The notes under the pieces were generated by a model. That model had not been told where the DNA came from, made no database searches, and saw only the letters and a list, made by a program, of their open reading frames with translations. Shown piece after piece: positions 56,893 to 64,000 of a DNA stretch of 64,000 nucleotides. Positions within the stretch are counted from its first letter, which is position 1, and each line of letters opens with the position of its first letter. The stretch comes from Limnochordales bacterium (GTDB lineage Bacteria; Bacillota; Limnochordia; Limnochordales; ZCTH02-B6). The DNA lies in NCBI GenBank assembly GCA_036564115.1, contig DATCLD010000111.1:5733-69732 (forward strand). Reading direction: 5' to 3'. The position numbers were made by a program, and so were the translations under genes.

Positions 56893-59800
56893 TTGCTGCG
56901 CTGCCTCTACGTCGTTGCCGAGGCGCAGCTGGTGCACACGCTGCGCCGGGCTGCGGCGCTGTTGGAAACCACGGGCGCCGGTTTGTCCGTTGCCCTTGAA
57001 GGTTATACCCTCGAGGAGCTTACCCACCTGGACAAAGCCACGCTGGAGCGGCAGTTGGCCGCTGCCGACGTTTTCATCGGCTCCATGCTCAACAGCGAGC
57101 GGGAGGTGGTCATGCTGGCGGAGCTCTTGGCCAAGCGGCGGCCGCCGGTGACGGTCGTGTTCACCTCCCAGCCCGAGCTGATGCTGCACTCGCGCTTAGG
57201 TGCCTTTGACGCCCAGGCGTGGGTGCGGGAGCCCGGCCGCCTGCACGAACTGGCGCAGCGCTTGCGGGCAGCCGGTGCGCCGGCGCCTCCCGCGCCTGCG
57301 GGTCTATTGGCTGCGCTGCCGCGCCTTGTGTCCAGGTTTGGTCCCGATGTGCTGGGGGAAGCTTGGGCGTACGGCCAGGCCGGGGCGTACTGGCTCAACG
57401 CGGCACCAGAAAACTGGCGCCGGCTGCTCTTGCACTTGGCCAACCACCACCCGGCGTACGCGGGGCGCTTCCAGCCGGAGCCGCCGGTCATTTTCCCCGA
57501 AGTCGCCCTGTGGCATCCCCGGGCGGAGCAGTATTTCTCGACCTACGAGGCGTACCGGGCGTGGTATGAGCAGTACCGTGGGGGTAAGACGGGCGAGCGG
57601 CCGACGGTGGGCGTCATCGTCTTCCGGCAGTACGTCACCGGCGGCGCCTGGCGGCACTACGAAGCCGTGATCGGAGCGCTGGAAGCGGAGGGCCTGGACG
57701 TGGTGGCGGGCTTTGGAGGACTGGACAACCGCCGCCTCATCGACCCCCATTTCCGGCCGGCCGGCATCGAGCTGCTGCTCAACTTGACGGGTTTCAACCT
57801 TATCGGGTCTATGGGCCGGCCGCAGCCGGACCAGGCGGTCGAGCTCCTCAAGGAGCTGGATATCCCGTATCTCGTTCCCTTCCCGCTCCTGTTCCAGACC
57901 CGGGCGCAGTGGGAAGCGGACCCGGTGGGGCTGGCGCCCATGCAGACCGCATTGCAAGTGGTGCTGCCGGAGCTTGAGGGCGCCACGGAGCCGCGGGTGT
58001 TTGCCGCCAAGGGCGCTGACGGCGACTTTGTGCCGGACCCTGAGCGCGTGCAGTTGCTCGCGCGCCGGGTGCGGCGCTGGGTCGATCTCAGGCGGAAATC
58101 CCCAGCCGAGCGGCGGGTGGCCATTACGATTTTCAGCTTCCCGCCCGATAAGGGCAGCGTCGGGAGCGCGGCCTACCTCGACGTCTTTCGCTCCCTTTAC
58201 AACCTCCTTGTAGCCATGGCAGAGGACGGGTACCGCGTTACGGTGCCGGCGGACCCCGAAAGCCTGATGCGCCTAGTGCTTGGGGCTGACGAAGCGCTGC
58301 CGGGGGCCCCGACCATTGCGGTGGCGGACCAGTTGCCGGTGGACGAGTACCGGCGGCTCGTGCCGCGCTGGGAGCGGATCGCGGCCAACTTTGGACCGCC
58401 ACCGGGCTTAATCGATGCCGACATGCGGGGCCTGCGCATCCGCGGCGCAGCGCTCGGCAACGTCTTCATCGGGGTGCAGCCCGGTTTCGGCTACGAAGGA
58501 GATCCCATGCGGCTCCTGTTCGCGCCGGACGCCACCCCGTCCCACAGTTTCGCGGCCTACTACGCCTACCTCAAGCACGTCTGGCAGGCCGACGTGGTGG
58601 TGCATTTCGGCACCCATGGAGCGCTTGAGTTCATGCCCGGCAAGCAGTTGGGCCTGACCGCCGTCTGCTGGCCGGACTGTTTGCTTGGGGACATGCCCCA
58701 CGTGTACTTCTACTCGATGAACAATCCCTCCGAGGCGACCATCGCCAAGCGGCGGAGCTATGCGACGACGGTCACGTACCTGTCCCCGCCCCTGCGGGAA
58801 GCAGGCCTGTACCGGACGCTCTTGTCCCTTGAGGACGCGGTGGCCGCCTGGCGCAGCGCCGATGGGGATACCCAGCGGCAGCAAGCGTGGGAGGCTGTCC
58901 GGGCCCTCGCGCAGGAAGCGCAGCTGGACGCCGATGTGCAACCGCCGCAAAGCCACGAATCGCCGGCCGACTACATCGACCGTCTCAGCGCCTACTTGCG
59001 CACCCTGGCCGAGCGCCTGATCCCGGTAGGCCTGCACGTGGCGGGGGCGCCCGTATCGGATACCGAAGCGATGGAGTTCCTGTGGGCGGCGCTGCAACAC
59101 CCGCGCCCTGAAGAAGGAATGCCCTCCCTCCCGCAGCTTGTGGCCCGGGAGATGGGCGTGGATTGGGACTCCCTCTCGCCCGCCGACCCGCGGCGGGAGC
59201 AAGTCATGCAGGCAGGCCGGCGCGTCGCGCAGGCGCTCGCGGCGGGCCGCTTCCCAGCGCCCGGCGACCCGCGGTCCGAACAGCCCGAGTGGCAGGGCCT
59301 GGCCCGGTTTGCCGCGGACTTCCTCGCGCGCCTCGCCGCGAACCGGGAAATCCCCGCGCTCTTGGCCGCCATCGCCGGGCGGTACATCCCGCCTGCGCCC
59401 GGTGGCGACCCGGCGCGGGTACCGGCCGCCTTGCCCACTGGCCGCAACCTGCACGCGCTAGACCCGCACCGCATCCCGTCACCGGTGGCGGTCGCCCGGG
59501 CGCGGGCCGTCGTGCGGCAACTGCTCGCCCGCATCAAAGACCGGGACGGCCGCTGGCCGGAAACAATCGCGTGCGTGCTGTGGGGGACGGACAACATCAA
59601 GACCCAGGGCGAAGGCGTCGCGCAGGTGCTGGAGCTGATCGGGGTGCGGGCGCGGCCCGACAGCCTCGGCCGCATGACGCGGCTCGAGCTCATCCCCCTC
59701 GAGGAACTTGGCCGGCCCCGGATCGACGTGGTCCTATCCGTCTCCGGCATCTTCCGGGACATTTTCCCAACCGTCATGGAGCTCTTGGACCGGGCCGTGC

Positions 59801-60618
59801 AGCTTGCCGCCGCGGCCGACGAGGACCCCGACCTCAACTACATCCGCAAGCATGCGCTGGCCATCGCCGCTGACCTGGGCATCCCGCTCCCTAAGGCCGC
59901 GCGGCGGGTCTTCAGCAACGCCCCCGGCCACTATGGGACCGGCGTCAACCACGTGGTGGAGGCGTCCGCGTGGGAGAGCAGCGACGATCTGGGCGCCGTG
60001 TTTCTCGAGCGCAAGGCGTATGTCTACGGCGACGGCACGGCCGGGGAGGTGGAACCGGACCTTCTCGCCGCCTGCCTCAAGACGTGCGCCGCCGTGTTTC
60101 AGAACCTGGACTCGACGGAGATCGGCCTCGCGGACGTGGACCATTACTACGAATACCTTGGCGGGCTGGCCGCGGCGGCGCGGAAGGTGCGGGGCGCGGC
60201 GCCGGCGGCGTTCGTGGCCGATACGGTCACACCGGACGCCGCGGTGCGAACCCTCGATGAGACCATCCGGCTCGAGGCCCGCACCCGCCTCCTCAACCCG
60301 CGCTGGTATGAAGGGATGCTGCGCCACGGCTACCAGGGCGTGCACGAAATCGCGACGCGCCTCGACAACACCTTCGGCTGGTCGGCGACGGCCGACGCCG
60401 TCGACTCGTGGGTGTACACGGCGGCGGCGGACACTTTTCTCTTGGACGACGACATGCGGGAGCGGCTACTGCGCCACAATCCCCGCGCCGTGTACCGGAT
60501 GGCGGCCCGGCTCGCCGAGGCGCGGGCGCGCGGGTTTTGGCAGGCGGACGGCCGCCGCTGGGCGAAGTTGCAAGCGATCCTGGCGGACGCGGAGGATCGC
60601 GTCGAGGGGGTCGTGTGA
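56893..60618 (+). CDS. Class I chelatase large subunit (CobN/BchH/ChlH family)
   Basis: Distal 1241 codons of the listed 1704-aa ORF 55504..60618. TTG 56893 has GAGGAGGA 7 nt upstream. LLRCLYVVAEAQLVHTLRRAAALLE...DVFIGSMLNSEREVVMLAELL...TSQPELMLHSRLGAF has a layout like the N-terminus of Mg-chelatase H, from memory. The CobN/Mg-chelatase core follows: PTVGVIVFRQY, ITIFSFPPDKGSVGSAAYLDV, HFGTHGALEFMPGKQ, LPTGRN.HALDP, VLWGTDNIKTQGEG and FQNLDS.EIGL.DVDHYYEYLGG. Confidence 0.85.
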   Translation: MLRCLYVVAEAQLVHTLRRAAALLETTGAGLSVALEGYTLEELTHLDKATLERQLAAADVFIGSMLNSEREVVMLAELLAKRRPPVTVVFTSQPELMLHSRLGAFDAQAWVREPGRLHELAQRLRAAGAPAPPAPAGLLAALPRLVSRFGPDVLGEAWAYGQAGAYWLNAAPENWRRLLLHLANHHPAYAGRFQPEPPVIFPEVALWHPRAEQYFSTYEAYRAWYEQYRGGKTGERPTVGVIVFRQYVTGGAWRHYEAVIGALEAEGLDVVAGFGGLDNRRLIDPHFRPAGIELLLNLTGFNLIGSMGRPQPDQAVELLKELDIPYLVPFPLLFQTRAQWEADPVGLAPMQTALQVVLPELEGATEPRVFAAKGADGDFVPDPERVQLLARRVRRWVDLRRKSPAERRVAITIFSFPPDKGSVGSAAYLDVFRSLYNLLVAMAEDGYRVTVPADPESLMRLVLGADEALPGAPTIAVADQLPVDEYRRLVPRWERIAANFGPPPGLIDADMRGLRIRGAALGNVFIGVQPGFGYEGDPMRLLFAPDATPSHSFAAYYAYLKHVWQADVVVHFGTHGALEFMPGKQLGLTAVCWPDCLLGDMPHVYFYSMNNPSEATIAKRRSYATTVTYLSPPLREAGLYRTLLSLEDAVAAWRSADGDTQRQQAWEAVRALAQEAQLDADVQPPQSHESPADYIDRLSAYLRTLAERLIPVGLHVAGAPVSDTEAMEFLWAALQHPRPEEGMPSLPQLVAREMGVDWDSLSPADPRREQVMQAGRRVAQALAAGRFPAPGDPRSEQPEWQGLARFAADFLARLAANREIPALLAAIAGRYIPPAPGGDPARVPAALPTGRNLHALDPHRIPSPVAVARARAVVRQLLARIKDRDGRWPETIACVLWGTDNIKTQGEGVAQVLELIGVRARPDSLGRMTRLELIPLEELGRPRIDVVLSVSGIFRDIFPTVMELLDRAVQLAAAADEDPDLNYIRKHALAIAADLGIPLPKAARRVFSNAPGHYGTGVNHVVEASAWESSDDLGAVFLERKAYVYGDGTAGEVEPDLLAACLKTCAAVFQNLDSTEIGLADVDHYYEYLGGLAAAARKVRGAAPAAFVADTVTPDAAVRTLDETIRLEARTRLLNPRWYEGMLRHGYQGVHEIATRLDNTFGWSATADAVDSWVYTAAADTFLLDDDMRERLLRHNPRAVYRMAARLAEARARGFWQADGRRWAKLQAILADAEDRVEGVV

Positions 60619-61698
60619 ATGCGGCTGCGCACCGCCGCCGTGCAGCCTGTGTATCCCTTCACCGCCATCGTGGGGCAGGACGAGCTGCGCCTGTCCCTGG
60701 TGCTGGTGGCCATCGACCCGCTCATCGGGGGCGTTTTGGCCATGGGAGACCGGGGCACGGCCAAGTCCACGGCCGTGCGGGGACTGGCGCGCCTATTGCC
60801 GCCGATTCCCGTTGTGGCCGGCTGTCCTTTCCGCTGCGACCCCGGCCGTCCCGAGGAATGGTGCAGCTTTTGCCGCGAGCGCAACGCCCACGGCAGCTTT
60901 GACACCGAATGGCAGCCGATCCCGGTAGTCGACCTGCCCCTCGGGGCGACGGAGGACCGGGTGACCGGGAGCCTGGACATCGAGGCCGCGCTGACCCGCG
61001 GCGAAACCGTCTTCGCGCCGGGTATTTTGGCCCGGGCCAACCGGGGGTTCCTCTACATCGACGAGGTCAACCTGCTGGACGACCACTTGGTGGATTTGTT
61101 GCTGGATGTGGCGGCCAGCGGCGTCAACGTGGTGGAACGGGAAGGCATCAGCCTCCAGCACCCGGCCCGGTTTGTGCTGGTGGGCTCGGGCAACCCCGAA
61201 GAGGGGGACCTGCGGCCGCAGCTCTTGGACCGCTTCGGCCTGTACGTGCAGGTGGCCACCATCACGGACATCGCCCTCCGCGTCGAAATCGTGCGCCGGC
61301 GGGATGAGTTTGAGCGGCGACCGCAAGCCTTCATCGCCCGCTTCGCTGCCGCCGAAACGAAGCTGCGGGACCGGATCGCGGCCGCCCGGGAGCGGCTGGA
61401 GACGGTAGCGGTGCCCGACGAGACGGTGGAAGCGGCGGCGCGGCTAGCCGCGGAGCTGGGGCTGTCCGGCCACCGCGGCGAATTGTGCCTGCTGCGCGCG
61501 TCCCGCGCCCTGGCCGCCTTTGCGGGGCGAGAGGCGGCCACGCTCGCCGACGTGGCGGCCCTGGCGCCCATGGCCCTCAGCCACCGCCTGCGCCGGGATC
61601 CCCTGGACGACATGGACTCGGGCGAACGGGTGCGGCAGGCCGTGGCCAAGTGCCTGCCCGGGGTCACGCCGGCGCCGCTGGTGTTTCCAAACGGATAA
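60619..61698 (+). CDS. Class I chelatase AAA+ ATPase subunit (BchI/ChlI family)
   Basis: 359 aa. The ATG directly follows the large-subunit stop (TGAATG). [40 protein letters not shown] carries the Walker [23 protein letters not shown]..., [72 protein letters not shown] is near-identical in pattern to BchI. A Cys4 insertion is present (CPFRC...CSFC). Confidence 0.9.
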   Translation: MRLRTAAVQPVYPFTAIVGQDELRLSLVLVAIDPLIGGVLAMGDRGTAKSTAVRGLARLLPPIPVVAGCPFRCDPGRPEEWCSFCRERNAHGSFDTEWQPIPVVDLPLGATEDRVTGSLDIEAALTRGETVFAPGILARANRGFLYIDEVNLLDDHLVDLLLDVAASGVNVVEREGISLQHPARFVLVGSGNPEEGDLRPQLLDRFGLYVQVATITDIALRVEIVRRRDEFERRPQAFIARFAAAETKLRDRIAAARERLETVAVPDETVEAAARLAAELGLSGHRGELCLLRASRALAAFAGREAATLADVAALAPMALSHRLRRDPLDDMDSGERVRQAVAKCLPGVTPAPLVFPNG

Positions 61699-61710
61699 GG
61701 ATGTGATTGC

Positions 61711-62529
61711 ATGCTGCTGGCCATCGACATCGGCAACACCAACATCAGCTTCGGCTTGTACCGGGGCGACCATCTCCTGCGCACGTGGAACTTGTCCACG
61801 GACCTGCGCAGGACGTCGGACGAGTACGAGATCCAGATCGACAACTGGTTCCAGCGGGCCGGCCACTCGCCCCTCGAGGTCACGGCGGTCGTGATCGGCA
61901 ACGTGGTGCCGCCGCTGCAGGCCTGCTTCGAACGGGTCGTGCGCCATCTCTTTGCCGTCACCCCCTGGTGGGTCAGCGGGCGCTCCGGGGTGAAGGGCTT
62001 GAAACTCCAAGTGGACAATCCCGCGGAGGTCGGCGCGGACCGCATCGCCAACGCGGTCGCTTGCTACCACCGCTACGGCGGACCGGCCATCGTGGTGGAC
62101 ATGGGCACCGCCACCACCTTTGACGTGATCTCGGCGAACGGCGAATACTTAGGGGGCGCCATCGCCCCGGGCGTGCAGATCGCGGCGGAAGCCCTCTTCG
62201 TGCGGACCGCCAAGCTGCCCCGCGTGGACCTCGCACCGCCGCCGTCCGCCATCGGCCGCAACACCATCCATGCGATGCAAGCGGGCACCGTTTACGGCTA
62301 CGCGGGCCTCGTGCGCGGCCTTATCGAGCGCATCCAGGCGGAGCTGGGGACGCGTGCCCGCGTCGTGGCCACCGGGGGCCTGGCCGAGGTCGTGGCGCGC
62401 CATGCCGCGGTCTTCGACGCCATCGACCGTCACCTGACGCTGGAGGGCCTGCGGCTGCTGTATCTGATGAACCATCCCGACTACCAGTCGCCTCACCCGG
62501 AGACGGCCCACGGGGGGTTGAACGCATGA
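61711..62529 (+). CDS. coaX: Type III pantothenate kinase
   Basis: 272 aa. MLLAIDIGNTNISFGLY..., VDNPAEVGADRIANAVA, VVDMGTATTFDV and GGAI.PG are CoaX signatures. Confidence 0.93.
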   Translation: MLLAIDIGNTNISFGLYRGDHLLRTWNLSTDLRRTSDEYEIQIDNWFQRAGHSPLEVTAVVIGNVVPPLQACFERVVRHLFAVTPWWVSGRSGVKGLKLQVDNPAEVGADRIANAVACYHRYGGPAIVVDMGTATTFDVISANGEYLGGAIAPGVQIAAEALFVRTAKLPRVDLAPPPSAIGRNTIHAMQAGTVYGYAGLVRGLIERIQAELGTRARVVATGGLAEVVARHAAVFDAIDRHLTLEGLRLLYLMNHPDYQSPHPETAHGGLNA

Positions 62530-63728
62530 GCCGTCATCCGCTGTCGGGCAAGACCATCGTCCTCGGCGTCGCCGGCAGCATCGCCGCCTACAAGGCCGCG
62601 GAGCTGGCCAGCCGCCTTGTGCAAGCGGGGGCCCAGGTGGACACGGTAATGACGCGGGAGGCAACGGCGTTCGTGGCGCCCCTGACGTTCCAGGCCCTCA
62701 CCCACCGGCCGGTCAGCGTGGACTTGTTTGACCCGCGCTCAGAGCTAGCCATCGATCACGTGGCCGTGGCCAAGCGGGCCGACGCGATCCTGCTGGCACC
62801 CGCCACCGCCCAGCTCATCGCGCGCCTTGCCGTCGGCATGGCCGACGACGCGGTCACAGCCACGGTGCTGGCCGCATCCGCGCCCGTGATCGTCTGCCCC
62901 GCGATGGAAACCAACATGTACCGGCACCCGGCCACCCAGGCCAACCTGGCACGGCTCAAGGAATGGGGCGCGGTCGTGGTCGAGCCGGCCAGCGGGCGGC
63001 TCGCGTCGGGTGCCGAAGGCGTTGGCCGCCTCGCCGATCCCGGCACCATTCTCGGCACGCTCCGCTGGGTGCTGGGCCGCAACGGGGACCTGGCCGGGCG
63101 CCGCGTCGTGGTTTCTGCCGGCGGCACCCGGGAAGCCATCGACCCCGTGCGCTATATCACCAACCGCTCGTCGGGCAAGATGGGGCACGCGCTGGCCGCG
63201 GCGGCCCGGGACCGGGGTGCACAGGTCACTCTGGTCACGTCCGTCGCGCCCGACCCCGAAACTGCGGCGGGAATCGAGGTCCGGCGGGTCGAGTCGGCGC
63301 TGGACATGTTGAGCGCGGTGGAGGACGCCGTGCAAGGCGCGGACGCGCTGATCATGGCGGCCGCGGTCGCCGACTTCCGCCCGGAATCGGCCGCAGCCCA
63401 CAAGCTCAAGAAGGGCGACGCGGGCTCATGGACACTGCGCCTGGTGCGCAACCCCGACGTGCTCGCGTCGGTCAGAGGGCCGTTTATCAAGATTGGCTTC
63501 GCCGCCGAAACCGGAGACGTCCGCGAAAACGCCTTGAGCAAGCTCAAGGCCAAAGGGCTGCACATGATCGTCGCCAACGACGTCTCCGAACCCGGCAGCG
63601 GGTTTGAAAGCGACACGAACCGGGTCACTATCTTCCACGCGGATGGGCGGGTCGAGGAGCTCCCGCTGCTGCCCAAGCTCGACGTGGCCCACCGGGTTTT
63701 GGACCGGTTGGTGGCACTGTTAGGCTGA
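62526..63728 (+). CDS. coaBC: Bifunctional phosphopantothenoylcysteine decarboxylase / phosphopantothenate--cysteine ligase
   Basis: 400 aa, overlapping the coaX stop by 4 nt. The flavoprotein N-domain is GKTIVLGVAGSIAAYKAAEL...PAMETNMY. The CoaB C-domain is VVSAGGTREAIDPVRYITNRSSGKMG...AAVADFRP and KKG. Confidence 0.93.
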   Translation: MSRHPLSGKTIVLGVAGSIAAYKAAELASRLVQAGAQVDTVMTREATAFVAPLTFQALTHRPVSVDLFDPRSELAIDHVAVAKRADAILLAPATAQLIARLAVGMADDAVTATVLAASAPVIVCPAMETNMYRHPATQANLARLKEWGAVVVEPASGRLASGAEGVGRLADPGTILGTLRWVLGRNGDLAGRRVVVSAGGTREAIDPVRYITNRSSGKMGHALAAAARDRGAQVTLVTSVAPDPETAAGIEVRRVESALDMLSAVEDAVQGADALIMAAAVADFRPESAAAHKLKKGDAGSWTLRLVRNPDVLASVRGPFIKIGFAAETGDVRENALSKLKAKGLHMIVANDVSEPGSGFESDTNRVTIFHADGRVEELPLLPKLDVAHRVLDRLVALLG

Positions 63729-64000
63729 CGCCGCCGACGGCAAACCGCCGGCCGGCGCCGCCTGCCGCGCCGCCCGCACGATGGCCAGGGCGACCGCCTC
63801 GGCGGCGGCCGCACCAACTGCTGCCACCAGCTCCATCTCCCGGGTGCGACTGGTGGCCCGCAGCGCCTCGGCCTTCCCCGTGGCCAGGGCGAACACAGTG
63901 TCCCCGTCCCAGGGCGTGTGCGCCGGGTAGATGGCACGGGCGATACCGTCGTGAGCCATCTGTGCTACCCTGTTGACGGCCTCCTTGGACAATGGCAGGT
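63720..64000 (-). CDS. P1/S58-family peptidase (DmpA-like L-aminopeptidase/D-esterase); only the C-terminal end is present and the gene continues beyond the right edge
   Basis: Stop at 63720. ...LSKEAVNRVAQMAHDGIARAIYPAHTPWDGDTVFALATG... matches the conserved C-terminal region of DmpA/S58 peptidases. The listed M at 63992 is internal. Confidence 0.6.
   Translation of the reverse strand, partial: LPLSKEAVNRVAQMAHDGIARAIYPAHTPWDGDTVFALATGKAEALRATSRTREMELVAAVGAAAAEAVALAIVRAARQAAPAGGLPSAASA

Overview
Very GC-rich bacterial chromosome segment; third codon positions are almost all G/C, so most long ORFs in the track are antisense shadows of the real genes. I support about 55 protein genes, one RNase P RNA, one T-box leader, one CIRCE operator and several promoters and terminators. 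No rRNA, tRNA, CRISPR array or mobile element was seen. The backbone is the conserved endospore-former block known from Bacillus subtilis. Read right to left it is comEA-comEC-holA-(rpsT)-gpr-spoIIP-lepA-hemW-hrcA-grpE-dnaK-dnaJ-prmA-rsmE ... rpsU-nfeD-floA-yqfC-yqfD-phoH-pgpH-ybeY-dgkA/cdd-era, followed by queA-tgt-yajC-secDF-recJ. This points to a high-GC sporulating Firmicute (Symbiobacterium/Thermaerobacter-like), which is inference only. Most of the window is housekeeping. The non-backbone insertions are the places to look. (1) 21.0-27.8 kb sits between rsmE and rpsU and holds a HIT protein, a TetR-acyl-CoA dehydrogenase operon with a duplicated palindromic operator, a phosphoesterase and tatA. 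It also holds an unlisted 71-aa, extremely basic pentad/decapeptide-repeat protein with a perfect SD and its own terminator. Divergent from that is a probable Tat-exported lipoprotein S8 protease followed by a BsuPI-type protease inhibitor. (2) 52.7-53.0 kb has two unlisted single-TM mini-proteins downstream of a GT4 glycosyltransferase. (3) 56.9-61.7 kb has a BchH/CobN-like plus BchI/ChlI-like class I chelatase pair with no D subunit and no tetrapyrrole genes nearby, apparently co-transcribed with coaX-coaBC. Smaller oddities are an in-frame dgkA-cdd fusion, a class-2 pyrD inserted backwards into the hrcA-hemW block, a probably leaderless lepA and a CsoR-type palindrome on a glutaredoxin promoter. 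Back-to-back extended -10 promoters drive rnpB and the glycosyltransferase. All functional calls come from reading the translations by eye; no database search was run.
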